A stretch of 43,037 nt of DNA from a virus (IMGVR_UViG_3300049144_000060:1-43037); one strand, 5' to 3'. Positions 1-8,177 are shown, counted from the first letter of the stretch. The notes: generated by a model not told the origin, from the sequence alone. Program-made: numbers and translations.

Positions 1-102
1 CGGCTGGCTGGTCTTTACGCTCGTCCACGTCGACGGCTCCCGTTCGTCGGCCATGCCCCCGGGCCGTGTCCGCGGTCGCGGGGGTCTTCCCTGTTCAGAC
101 GG

Positions 103-176
103 TACCGCTACATACCGCTACATGGGGCCCCATGCCGCCATCTGCGGATGCCGGGTGCTAGACAGCGCCCTACGTT
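103..176 (+). promoter_or_regulatory. gntR promoter/operator region
   Basis: Tandem TACCGCTACA x2 (103-122), palindrome CATGGGGCCCCATG (121-134), -10 TACGTT (171-176) 6 nt before ATG183 (leaderless geometry). Confidence 0.5.
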
Positions 177-182
177 TCGATC

Positions 183-416
183 ATGGGTGAGGTGCCGATC
201 GGGTACGTGTACATGCGGGTCGCCGACGAGGTCGAGGCGGAGATCCGCTCGGGCCGGCTGCCCCGCGGGGCCCGGCTGCCGAACGAGCGGGACATGGGTG
301 CCCAGTACGGTGTCGCGCCCGGGACCGCGCGCCGGGCTGTGCAGGAGCTGCGGGACCGCGGCCTGGTGGTGACGCTGCCGAACAAGGGGACGTTCGTCGT
401 CGCCGGCAACTCGTAG
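183..416 (+). CDS. GntR-family winged-helix transcriptional regulator (HTH only)
   Basis: Y-x-RVADEV...I.SG.L..G.RLPNERDM...YGVA.GTARRA..EL...GLV......GTFV matches the GntR wHTH signature. Confidence 0.9.
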   Translation: MGEVPIGYVYMRVADEVEAEIRSGRLPRGARLPNERDMGAQYGVAPGTARRAVQELRDRGLVVTLPNKGTFVVAGNS

Positions 417-421
417 CCCGC

Positions 422-443
422 TGTCAGACCCGCGCCCTAGAAT
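422..443 (+). promoter_or_regulatory. RecA-NDp/PafBC-type promoter, leaderless
   Basis: TGTCAG-N10-TAGAAT then 6 nt to ATG450. Confidence 0.7.
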
Positions 444-449
444 CGCGGC

Positions 450-644
450 ATGATCCCCTCTCCTCTTTGTGCGGGTCCGGTGCGGCCTGCTGCGGTGGTG
501 AACGAGGAGATCCGTCGTCTGTGGTCGGATCCGCGGGTGCGGCTATCGCCGGAGGTCCGGGCCCGGTACGAGCAGCTGGTCGCGGAGTGGACGGTGGCGG
601 TTGCCGCCGAACGCCTGCGCGAGGAGATCGACGTCGCCGCGTAG
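450..644 (+). CDS. hypothetical protein (64 aa)
   Basis: ORF with leaderless promoter geometry and normal codon usage. Confidence 0.75.
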   Translation: MIPSPLCAGPVRPAAVVNEEIRRLWSDPRVRLSPEVRARYEQLVAEWTVAVAAERLREEIDVAA

Positions 645-653
645 GATCCGCCC

Positions 654-860
654 GTGAGCGACTACGACTTCCCCGACGACCTGCTGGAGCTGGAACGATC
701 CGCCTGGGCGGCGATCCAGGCTGGGACCCTCACCGTCGACCAGGCCGACGCCGTGCAGGCCGGGGTCACCGCCTACGCCGAAGCCGCGCGCCTCGACCGG
801 TACAAGGTCGAGATGGCGCTGAAGAAGGCCATCAGGCACGGGGAGCCGACCGACGCCTGA
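654..860 (+). CDS. hypothetical protein (68 aa)
   Basis: AGGA RBS before GTG, high GC3, followed by a hairpin. Confidence 0.75.
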   Translation: MSDYDFPDDLLELERSAWAAIQAGTLTVDQADAVQAGVTAYAEAARLDRYKVEMALKKAIRHGEPTDA

Positions 861-868
861 CAGCAGCG

Positions 869-898
869 CGCCCCGTCCGGTGCTGTACGGACGGGGCG
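869..898. terminator. hairpin terminator between convergent units
   Basis: CGCCCCGTCCG-N8-CGGACGGGGCG perfect 11-bp stem. Confidence 0.7.
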
Positions 899-937
899 AT
901 CTCAGCACTGCGCCAGCATGGGCTGATTGATGGGATC

Positions 938-960
938 AGCCTACGACTCCCCACTGACAA
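938..960 (-). promoter_or_regulatory. RecA-NDp/PafBC-type promoter with no intact downstream gene
   Basis: Minus strand TTGTCAGTG-N8-TAGGCT. Confidence 0.6.
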
Positions 961-1060
961 CGCCGGGGCGCGTGGACAGCCGGTACTCGTCGACGGGCGG
1001 CGCCTCCCCCACGATGTCGTCGAGCTCTTCGTCCTGCTGCGGGGTCTCGTCCTCGTTCAT
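941..1060 (-). CDS. small acidic hypothetical protein (39 aa, MNEDETPQQ...)
   Basis: ATGA overlap with the stop of 1057..1275. Confidence 0.45.
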   Translation of the reverse strand: MNEDETPQQDEELDDIVGEAPPVDEYRLSTRPGVVSGES

Positions 1061-1275
1061 GGCGTCAGCATGGCAGGAGACGGCGCCGGGTCCGGCCACT
1101 CCGTCAACGTCTTGCCGGTGTCCTCGTCGACGAGGGTGACCCGTGCGCCGGGCTTGCCCCACTCTCCCACCCAGGTCGCGAACTTGCCGCGGGCCGTTGC
1201 CTCCGACGCCCACCAGCCGTGTGCGACCGGGCGGCCGGCCACGGACAGGACGAGGTGGTAGCGGGCGGGGTGCAT
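1057..1275 (-). CDS. hypothetical protein (72 aa)
   Basis: Protein-like composition (GWW..EATAR.KF..W), operon overlap. Confidence 0.7.
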   Translation of the reverse strand: MHPARYHLVLSVAGRPVAHGWWASEATARGKFATWVGEWGKPGARVTLVDEDTGKTLTEWPDPAPSPAMLTP

Positions 1276-1462
1276 ACGGTCACCCTACGGGCAGCCGCAT
1301 GGCCTCCCGCGGGGAGGAGACGGGAGGTGCGGCGGGCCCTGCCGCATCGGCGACGCACGGCAGGGCCCGAGAGGGGAGTCCTCGCCTGGGGTGCGCGGAT
1401 CCCGTGCGCACCACCATGCACCATGATCCGGCCACGCGGTAGATCACGGCCGGAACTTATCG

Positions 1463-1485
1463 TTGTCAGTGCCACCAGGCATGAT
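1463..1485 (+). promoter_or_regulatory. RecA-NDp/PafBC-type promoter, leaderless
   Basis: TTGTCAGTG-N8-CATGAT then 6 nt to ATG1492. Confidence 0.7.
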
Positions 1486-1491
1486 GCCCGC

Positions 1492-1665
1492 ATGCAGAAC
1501 TATGGCCTCACCTGGACCGACCCCGACGGCCGGCCGCGCGCATCCGCCGTCGCCTACGACAAACCCTCCGCCGACGAGCAGAAGCAGGAACTCGAGAACG
1601 CCGGCTGCACCGACATAGAGATCGTCGAAGTGAAGCCCGGCGAACTCCCCCAGCCGCGGGCCTGA
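1492..1665 (+). CDS. hypothetical protein (57 aa, MQNYGLTWTD...)
   Basis: 3' part of ORF 1219..1665; start chosen from promoter geometry; followed by a hairpin. Confidence 0.75.
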   Translation: MQNYGLTWTDPDGRPRASAVAYDKPSADEQKQELENAGCTDIEIVEVKPGELPQPRA

Positions 1666-1673
1666 CGCGCAGA

Positions 1674-1704
1674 GGCCCGCCTCGACGGGGGAACGAGGCG
1701 GGCC
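1674..1704. terminator. bidirectional hairpin terminator
   Basis: GGCCCGCCTCG-N9-CGAGGCGGGCC between convergent genes. Confidence 0.7.
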
Positions 1705-1731
1705 GAAGCCAGTGTGGCATGGGGTGGTGCG

Positions 1732-2751
1732 CTACAGCCCGATGTCCTCGGAAGCCGCGTCGGTCCATTTGTCGGCTTCGCGGATGTACCCCCAGAAGGC
1801 GGGGCTGTTCTCGGCGTGGCCGCTCTGTTCGCGGATCTTCTCCTCGCGCTTGCCTGCGCGTCGAGAGGTGGTGATGAACCCGGCCCGCATGGAGTGGCCG
1901 GTGAGGCGGACGGAGAGGCCGGCGCGTTCGGCGTTGCGGGCGATGATCTCGCGGACGGCTTCGGGTGAGAGGGCGCGGTCGCCGAGGCGGCCGTGGACGG
2001 TGATGGGCAGGAAGGCGGGCCCCGAGGTGATGCCTGCGGCGGCGCGCCAGGTGAGCCAGGCGCGGACGGGGCAGGTGTCGGGGTTCTTGCCGTAGTGGAC
2101 GACGACGTCCCGGGGCGGGCGTCCCTTCACTGCGGGAACGTGGACTTCCAGGCCCTGGCTGACGTGGACGATCGCCTCGGCGCGGAGGGCGGCGACTTCG
2201 GCGGAGCGGCCTGCGATGAAGAAGGCCATGAGCCACAGCGCGCGGTCCCGGAGACCGGTGAGCCCTTCGGGGACGGCGGCGGCCATCTGGCGAAGCTGCT
2301 CCGGGGTTGCGGCCTTGGCCTGGCCGCGTCCACGTGCGATGCGGTCCTCGTCTGCCTTCAGTGGCTTGAGTGCCTTGCGCGCGGCGACAGTGGCGGCCTT
2401 GGGAACTTCGATGCCGTACTGGTCTCGGGCGGTGACGGTGACGCCGGTGATCCTGCGGTCGATGCTGTTGGGTGCGGCGAGCTTGATGGTGTCGAGCCAG
2501 ACGACGAACCCGACGAGCGTGCCCTTGGTGACGTTCGTGGAGGCGATTCGGTGGCCGGTCCGCTCCCCCAGCCAGTCGTGGAACTCCTCCCACAGCGCCC
2601 AGTCGTTGGCGTAGCTGCGTTTGGTGTTGTGGGGGCGGATGGCGTCGAGGTGCTTCTCGGCTGCTTCTTCCATGGCGGCGAGGACCGCGAGCGTTGCAGC
2701 GTCGTAGGCGGCAGGGGCGGCGTCCAACTGGCGCGGGGCGAGGTCGGTCAC
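1732..2751 (-). CDS. tyrosine recombinase (Cre/Xer-like)
   Basis: LRDRAL..., GRSAEV (R), VKGR (K), CPVRA, GHSMRAG (HxxR), SGH (H), WGY (Y); N-terminal core-binding domain NTKRSY..DW. Confidence 0.9.
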   Translation of the reverse strand: MTDLAPRQLDAAPAAYDAATLAVLAAMEEAAEKHLDAIRPHNTKRSYANDWALWEEFHDWLGERTGHRIASTNVTKGTLVGFVVWLDTIKLAAPNSIDRRITGVTVTARDQYGIEVPKAATVAARKALKPLKADEDRIARGRGQAKAATPEQLRQMAAAVPEGLTGLRDRALWLMAFFIAGRSAEVAALRAEAIVHVSQGLEVHVPAVKGRPPRDVVVHYGKNPDTCPVRAWLTWRAAAGITSGPAFLPITVHGRLGDRALSPEAVREIIARNAERAGLSVRLTGHSMRAGFITTSRRAGKREEKIREQSGHAENSPAFWGYIREADKWTDAASEDIGL

Positions 2752-2779
2752 GTGCTCTCCAATCGAGTACGGTACGAGG

Positions 2780-2814
2780 CGGAGCCCCGGCTGTTTGCCT
2801 CAGCCGGGGCTCCG
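2780..2814. terminator. 14-bp hairpin upstream of the recombinase
   Basis: CGGAGCCCCGGCTG-N7-CAGCCGGGGCTCCG. Confidence 0.65.
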
Positions 2815-2836
2815 TCTTGCTTTCGTTGGCGACTCA

Positions 2837-3088
2837 TCACGCGGTTCGGGAGAGCGACTGCGGGTCGGCCTCCAGATAGTCGCTCGGCAGGTACTTGCCA
2901 CGGGCGATCCCGTCGGTTCCGTAGAGGGTGGCGTACCCGTCGCCAGCGGACTCCCAGTTCCGCACGGTTACCTGAGCGAAGCTTGCCCAGCCCTCCACCA
3001 CCACGACGGTCTCGGGGACCGCCTCGCGGGCAGTGATGACGACGTTGGACGCGTCGATGCGGGTGCTGTTGGGGTCATGACGGTCCAT
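2837..3088 (-). CDS. hypothetical protein (83 aa, MDRHDPNS...)
   Basis: GGAGG RBS before ATG3088. Confidence 0.6.
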   Translation of the reverse strand: MDRHDPNSTRIDASNVVITAREAVPETVVVVEGWASFAQVTVRNWESAGDGYATLYGTDGIARGKYLPSDYLEADPQSLSRTA

Positions 3089-3300
3089 GGTCTTCCTCCA
3101 TCGGTTCGGTGGGTCGGGATCCACAGAGAGCAGGACTGCCATGGCGGGTGATACGAGATCTTCGAGGGGGTCCGGTCCGTCTCGCGGGTGCTCTCCGCGC
3201 CCTCTTCAGCTTCGTCTGTCCCATGGTTACGCCTGCACAGCCAGCACATGCAGGAGGCCTGCTCTCTGTGGAGTTGTCGCCGGGTTCCCCCGACACACTC

Positions 3301-3345
3301 AATGTAAGGGGACCCCTTACGGCATGTCAACCCTCCCCCTACACT
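3301..3345. promoter_or_regulatory. divergent promoters with palindromic operator
   Basis: Perfect palindrome GTAAGGGG-A-CCCCTTAC (3304-3320); minus TTGACA(3330-3325)-N18-TACATT; plus -10 TACACT (3340-3345) 6 nt before ATG3352. Confidence 0.7.
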
Positions 3346-3351
3346 GATCCC

Positions 3352-3660
3352 ATGACCACACCGCCGAGCCCCTTCGAGAACCTGAAACACCTTGCCGAGC
3401 AAGGTGATGCGACCCAGCGCGCCAAGGACGTCAGCGCTGCCCTTCAGGCGATTCCCGAGCTGCAGCACTGGCTGCGGGAGATCCGGCAGGGAGCTGTTCA
3501 GGAGATGCGCTCGGAGGGCATGAGTCACGCCGAGGTGGGCGCAGAGCTGGGGGTCAGTCGAGCGCGCGCTCAGCAGATCGCCGAGGGGCGCACCACTGGA
3601 AAGCGAGCCAACCCAGCGACGGGTACCCCCGACCAGGAGTCGGACAATCGCCCCAAATAG
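3352..3660 (+). CDS. HTH DNA-binding protein (leaderless)
   Basis: GMSHAEVGAELGVSRARAQQI helix-turn-helix. Confidence 0.8.
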   Translation: MTTPPSPFENLKHLAEQGDATQRAKDVSAALQAIPELQHWLREIRQGAVQEMRSEGMSHAEVGAELGVSRARAQQIAEGRTTGKRANPATGTPDQESDNRPK

Positions 3661-3690
3661 CGCCCGCGATATGGCATGTTATCGAGAGGC
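3661..3690. other. candidate lox/dif-like recombination site
   Basis: CCCGCGATA-TGGCATGT-TATCGAGAG: imperfect inverted arms with an asymmetric 8-bp spacer, 0.9 kb from the tyrosine recombinase. Confidence 0.4.
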
Positions 3691-3740
3691 AGACCCGGCC
3701 ACTTCCGAGGTAGGCGCCCCTGATTCAACACTACCCCCCG

Positions 3741-3788
3741 AATGATGCACCCCCTGCATTGACACGCCGATGCGGGGGGTGCATCATT
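3741..3788 (+). promoter_or_regulatory. promoter embedded in a 19-bp inverted repeat operator
   Basis: AATGATGCACCCCCTGCAT-N10-ATGCGGGGGGTGCATCATT (18/19 match); TTGACA(3759)-N17-CATCAT. Confidence 0.7.
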
Positions 3789-3812
3789 GAGTCATCGACC
3801 GAGGAGGACACG

Positions 3813-4421
3813 ATGACGATCACACCGACGCCCATCGCTGAGAACGACCGCTTCTCCATCGCGGACCGCATGCCGATCGGCAGCCGCTACACCGACGGCG
3901 AGGAGGAATTCACGCTCGTCGCCTACTCGGTCGACCCCCACAGCCGTACCGCCTTCCCTCTCTTCATCGCCGACGAGGACGTCGCCGCAGGCCCCAACGC
4001 CCACTGGTACGACCGGGCCGCCAAGGGGAGCATTGCGCTGCTGGAGATCTCCGACCTCGTGGGAATCGACGACGAGGCGATCCAGCCCGCCGCTCCGAAC
4101 CAGGAACGAACCGAGGCCGCCCTCGCTGCCCTGGCCAACCGTGAGGAGCACACCTTCCGCGACACGAGGGACTTTTCCCGCGTCATGCTGCACGGCGACC
4201 TCAATACCGAAGACGAGGTCACCGCGTTCCTGGCCTACGCCAAGGCCGAACTTGAACTGCGTGTGGCACAGAGCCAGCTTGAGAGGGCGTCACGGGAACG
4301 GTCCGAGCGGATCGCCCTGGTCGCCGACCTCACAGGTTCGCAGCGGCGAGCCGCCAAGGTGCTGGGGATGAATCAGTCGACGATCAGCCGTGCTCTGCGG
4401 GAGCGCCCCGAGCGCCCCTGA
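3813..4421 (+). CDS. hypothetical protein with C-terminal HTH
   Basis: GAGGAGG RBS before ATG3813; SQRRAAKVLGMNQSTISRAL. Confidence 0.8.
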   Translation: MTITPTPIAENDRFSIADRMPIGSRYTDGEEEFTLVAYSVDPHSRTAFPLFIADEDVAAGPNAHWYDRAAKGSIALLEISDLVGIDDEAIQPAAPNQERTEAALAALANREEHTFRDTRDFSRVMLHGDLNTEDEVTAFLAYAKAELELRVAQSQLERASRERSERIALVADLTGSQRRAAKVLGMNQSTISRALRERPERP

Positions 4422-4435
4422 GGAGGTACGACGAT

Positions 4436-4473
4436 GCGCCCCGCTCCCCTGCCGAAGCAGGAGGGCGGGGCGC
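4436..4473. terminator. bidirectional hairpin ending the late operon
   Basis: GCGCCCCGCTCC...GAGGGCGGGGCGC stem between convergent genes. Confidence 0.65.
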
Positions 4474-4477
4474 TGTG

Positions 4478-4564
4478 TCAGTCGTCGCTGTCGTCGGGTG
4501 GCCAGTCGGGTTCGCGGAACGGGCGGGGCGACAGCCAGAACGGCGGCTCTTCCTCTGGCATCAC
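4478..4564 (-). CDS. small Pro/Asp-rich peptide (MPEEEPPFWLSPRPFREPDWPPDDSDD)
   Basis: AGGAGA RBS immediately after the collagen gene stop; GTG-ATG start; below the ORF track threshold. Confidence 0.5.
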   Translation of the reverse strand: MMPEEEPPFWLSPRPFREPDWPPDDSDD

Positions 4565-4570
4565 GGTCTC

Positions 4571-5236
4571 CTACAGGTATTGGCGGCGGTGGGGGTCGAG
4601 GGCCAGGGCTTGTGGGCTGGGGACATCGCCGGGCTGGTCGGGTTGCGGGGCACCGTCCTTGCGGCACACCAGCGCGTCAGGGTCATACGAGGGCGCCTGC
4701 AGGCTGTAACCGTCGGGGCAGGCCGGTCCTGGTGGACCCTGCTCGCCCCGCTCCCCCGACTCACCCTGCGGGCCGGCCGGACCCGGGTCTCCCTGAGGTC
4801 CGGCGGGGCCAGGCGGCCCGGCAGGTCCCGCCGGTCCGGTGGCTCCAGCCTCGCCCGGTTCGCCGACCTGGCCGTCGGCGCCGTTGGTTCCTTCACTGCC
4901 CGGTGCGCCGGAGGGTCCGGGTGAACCCGGCCGGCCGGGTGGCCCAGTCGGGCCGGGCGCTCCTGGGTCGCCTTGTGGGCCGCGTGGCCCGGCGACGCTT
5001 TCGCCTGGTTCCCCGCGACTGCCGGGTGGGCCGGCGACGGGGCTCGCCCCGAGGCCTTGCACCTGTGAGGCGAGGGCGTCGCGGGCTTCGTTCGCCGACC
5101 GCAAGTCGTGGGAGAGGGCGACGACTTGGATGGCGAGCCAGGCCAGGAGCAGCAGGACGACGGCCCCGGTGAGGCCGATCAGCCACTCCGCGCGCGGCAG
5201 CCGGAACGGGCGGCGCTTCTTGCGGGTGCCGGTCAC
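4571..5236 (-). CDS. membrane-anchored collagen-like protein in the lysis cassette
   Basis: Basic N-terminus, TM helix, coiled coil, long Gly-X-Y run, CPDGY...LVC tail. Confidence 0.85.
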   Translation of the reverse strand: MTGTRKKRRPFRLPRAEWLIGLTGAVVLLLLAWLAIQVVALSHDLRSANEARDALASQVQGLGASPVAGPPGSRGEPGESVAGPRGPQGDPGAPGPTGPPGRPGSPGPSGAPGSEGTNGADGQVGEPGEAGATGPAGPAGPPGPAGPQGDPGPAGPQGESGERGEQGPPGPACPDGYSLQAPSYDPDALVCRKDGAPQPDQPGDVPSPQALALDPHRRQYL

Positions 5237-5583
5237 TTTGCCACCACCGCCCAGATCGCGACTGCTGCGGCGAGGAGCCCCATCAGGACGGGCACGATCG
5301 CCTGATACAGGCGTGCTTGTCGTTCTTTTTCGCGGCGGTCGCGTTCGTCGAGCTGGTACTGCTCGAAGGCGGCTTCCACGGCTTCCCGTGCGCTGACCTC
5401 TTTCTGCAGTTCTTGCGACAGCGCGGTGATGCGCTGGTCGGTGTGGGCTGACTGCAGGGCATACACCTCAGCCGACACGAGACGGTCGAGGCGGCTGTTG
5501 ATGGACGCCATGCCGTCGCGGAACTCGCGGCGCATGGCGTCCACCGTGCGCCCGAGTTCACCGACGCTCAGGTCGTCGGACAC
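5233..5583 (-). CDS. coiled-coil protein with C-terminal TM (lysis-associated)
   Basis: C-terminal hydrophobic helix; GTGA overlap with next gene. Confidence 0.8.
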   Translation of the reverse strand: MSDDLSVGELGRTVDAMRREFRDGMASINSRLDRLVSAEVYALQSAHTDQRITALSQELQKEVSAREAVEAAFEQYQLDERDRREKERQARLYQAIVPVLMGLLAAAVAIWAVVAK

Positions 5584-5602
5584 GGGCTGCTCCGTTCAAG
5601 AG

Positions 5603-5947
5603 TCAGACGCCGCGCGGGCCGGTCGGGGTGGCGGGGGAAACCTGGCCGCGGGTGAGCAGGCCGAGGACGGCGAGCACGACCGCGTTGATGGCGCCGACCT
5701 GTTCCACCGAAAGTTCCAGGCCGTAGGCGGCGAGGAGCGCTGCGGCGGCTGCGACGAGGCCGGTGAACGCGCTGGGTGCGATGGGTCGGGTGACGGCGGC
5801 GGTGGCTGCGGCGAACACGGCGCTGATGACGGCGACGATCGCGCCTGCCTGCTCGGCGGACAGGCCGAACCCGAACGTGACCAGCAGCGACAGGCCGGCC
5901 GAGACGGCAGCGATGAGGAGCGCGGGCTCCCTACCGAAAGCCTTCAT
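5603..5947 (-). CDS. holin (multi-TM, MKAFGREPA...)
   Basis: 114 aa, about 4 TM helices, directly after the endolysin. Confidence 0.75.
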   Translation of the reverse strand: MKAFGREPALLIAAVSAGLSLLVTFGFGLSAEQAGAIVAVISAVFAAATAAVTRPIAPSAFTGLVAAAAALLAAYGLELSVEQVGAINAVVLAVLGLLTRGQVSPATPTGPRGV

Positions 5948-5949
5948 GG

Positions 5950-6912
5950 TCAGGCTTCCTTCCAGACGAGCGCCGACAGGACGGCGCTGGTGACGGTGAC
6001 GGGGTTCTTCGACGTGTTCAGCGCCCGCACCCGCATGCTCCGGCCGGCGGCGAGGCGCTTCGTCAGCGGCGTGACGTGGAACGTGCTGCCGCTGGTGCCG
6101 ATCACTTCGTCGATCGGATGGTCCGCGCGATGCTCGCTGCCCTCGTACTCGGACATGCGGACCTGGACGATGTCGCCCTTCGGCAGGTCGGAGAGGTTCA
6201 GGCTGACGCTTCCGGTGAAGCGTGCGGCGCCGCGGACGAAGACGGAGCTGTTCGTCGCGTGGTCGCCGGCTTCGTCGGTCCACTCGCGCGTGAACTCGAG
6301 GCTGTCCCACACGCCGGGCCTGAGGGTGGCCGCCTTCGCGAGACCGAGGTTCACGTAATCCGGCATGTCTTCCTCCTGGTCCTGGCCGGTGGCCCGCGCG
6401 ACGATCCTCGGGAACACGACCTCACGCCACTGCCTGATCCGGGCCGCCCCGGGGCACGCCGTCCCACTCGTCGACCACTGGGGGAACATCGAGTGGTAGC
6501 CGTAGCCGGGGTCGTCGTGGCTACGGCAGATCCGCAGCGGGATCTCGTGCTCTTGGTGCAGCCAGACACCGAGACGGACGAGCGTCTCGATTTGCTCCTC
6601 GGTCCACGGGTCCGACCCCGCCGTGTTCGACGCCGTCTCCGCGCTCACCGCACCCGTGCCGTCCGGTCTTCGGTTGGCCCCCGCGTTCGCGTCCGCCCGG
6701 GTCTGCGTGCCGATGTACTGGGCCACGCTGCCGTCGTAGCCCACCCCGAAATGGGACTCCAGGTTCGTGGAGTCCCGCCAGAACTCGTATGTGCGCTGCG
6801 GCGTCCACGGTGCGACGATGCTGTGCACGATGAACTGCGTCGGCCTGATGGCCTGCTGCTGGTCGCTCTCCGGCTGGAGTTCCAGCTTCCTTGCGAACGG
6901 GCACCAAGCCAT
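5950..6912 (-). CDS. endolysin, N-acetylmuramoyl-L-alanine amidase
   Basis: IVHS, SHFGV..DG, SAET, GYHS...TACPG Zn-amidase (Amidase_2) motifs. Confidence 0.9.
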   Translation of the reverse strand: MAWCPFARKLELQPESDQQQAIRPTQFIVHSIVAPWTPQRTYEFWRDSTNLESHFGVGYDGSVAQYIGTQTRADANAGANRRPDGTGAVSAETASNTAGSDPWTEEQIETLVRLGVWLHQEHEIPLRICRSHDDPGYGYHSMFPQWSTSGTACPGAARIRQWREVVFPRIVARATGQDQEEDMPDYVNLGLAKAATLRPGVWDSLEFTREWTDEAGDHATNSSVFVRGAARFTGSVSLNLSDLPKGDIVQVRMSEYEGSEHRADHPIDEVIGTSGSTFHVTPLTKRLAAGRSMRVRALNTSKNPVTVTSAVLSALVWKEA

Positions 6913-7229
6913 CAGGGGCCGTCCTCGGTTTCGGGCGGCGGGGTGTAGCCGGACAGGGTCGAGGCGACCGCCGGGGTGAAGCCGCCCGCCACCAGGGCGT
7001 CGTAGGCGGCCTTCTTCAGTGCGGTCTCGGCGCCCTGGGCTTCCTCCTGCCGCTGCGCGGTGGCCGCCTGCAGCTCGGCCAGCTCCGTCTGGTACTCGGC
7101 CTGGCTCACGATCCGGCCGGGCTTCACCAGCACCGGCTCCGGGGCGCCGGCCGGGACCTGCATCAGTCCGACGGATCCGTCGTCGTACACGACGTGGTAC
7201 GTGGTGAGCTCGTCAGTGGGGGTGGACAC
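6912..7229 (-). CDS. putative tail-fibre chaperone (paralogue of 8252..8644)
   Basis: Y..DG, helical E/Q/A stretch, Y..LV...VA..L..YTP shared with 8252..8644. Confidence 0.7.
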   Translation of the reverse strand: MSTPTDELTTYHVVYDDGSVGLMQVPAGAPEPVLVKPGRIVSQAEYQTELAELQAATAQRQEEAQGAETALKKAAYDALVAGGFTPAVASTLSGYTPPPETEDGP

Positions 7230-7239
7230 AGCGGCCTCC

Positions 7240-8151
7240 CTAGCGGGTGATGAAGAAAGCGCGGAAGATGTTCTGGATCTGCGTGTAGACGGCGCCGCCG
7301 GTGCCCTTACCGATCCGCACGTCTCCGGTGATCGTCACCGACCCGCCCGCCGGCACAGTGGCCTGGTACTGGAGCCACCGCGAGGACTGCAGGTGGGAGT
7401 CGATGAGGGTGGTGTTGCCGTTGTTGAAGGTGAGCCACATCTCCTCGCCGTCCTGCCCGTAGGCGGCGGACGACCCCGGCGGCAGCGTGAAGTAGACGTC
7501 GACTTCACGCTCGATGAACAACCTCGCGGACCGGCACGGGTCGGGGTTGGTGACCGTGACCGAGAACGTGTCCGCCGGCTCGATCAGATCGTTTCCGGTC
7601 GGTACCGGCACGCTGGGGTAGAAACGCACGTCGAAGTGGTTGCTGTAGTCGGTGCGGGCGCGCGGCTCGCCGTACAGGCGCCCCGTGGCCGGGTCACAGG
7701 CCACGACACCGCCGCTCGTGGCGATGTCGCACGCATACGGCCAGGGCCCGGTGTCGGCGATGAGCGGGTCCTCGGTCGTTCCCGCGCCGGTGAGGCCGCA
7801 GCCTGCCACCAGCTCGGACGCTGGCGCGTACAGGCCGTCGGCGCCCACGGTGAGCGTGTTGCCGGCGGCGTCGGACACGTCCGCGGCGAAGACGCCGGTG
7901 GCCGGGTCGTAGGTGATGCCGGGGCCGGCGGACAGGCACGGGCGGACCTGCGCGCAGTCCACCGTGCCACCGCCGCCGGGCGGCACGTACAGGCCGCCGG
8001 GGTCCAGGGTGAGTGCGTTGCCGGGGGTGTCGGACACGTCCGCGCCGACGATGTAGGGGTTGTCGGTGGATCCGGCCCCCTGTACCGAGATGCCGGGGCC
8101 TGGCAGGATCACGCAGTTGCAGGCGCCGCCGCCGCACTGGCACTTGGCCAT
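7240..8151 (-). CDS. minor tail/fibre protein A
   Basis: MAKCQCGGGACNC start; G.GS..NPY, AGN.L....GLY repeats; position at end of tail module. Confidence 0.8.
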   Translation of the reverse strand: MAKCQCGGGACNCVILPGPGISVQGAGSTDNPYIVGADVSDTPGNALTLDPGGLYVPPGGGGTVDCAQVRPCLSAGPGITYDPATGVFAADVSDAAGNTLTVGADGLYAPASELVAGCGLTGAGTTEDPLIADTGPWPYACDIATSGGVVACDPATGRLYGEPRARTDYSNHFDVRFYPSVPVPTGNDLIEPADTFSVTVTNPDPCRSARLFIEREVDVYFTLPPGSSAAYGQDGEEMWLTFNNGNTTLIDSHLQSSRWLQYQATVPAGGSVTITGDVRIGKGTGGAVYTQIQNIFRAFFITR

Positions 8152-8177
8152 GCTTCCCTCCGAAGGAGTGGAATTCG

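Noticed and set aside
1-54. Possible minus-strand gene start (MADEREPST...)
   Set aside because: Only 18 codons are visible, too little to support a call.
1666-2836. Prophage boundary (attL/attR) beside the recombinase
   Set aside because: No tRNA, host gene or duplicated core was seen; phage-type small genes continue to position 1.
3075-3224. Arg-rich ORF MGQTKLKRARR...
   Set aside because: Weak RBS and low-complexity composition; it may simply be the leader of 2837..3088.
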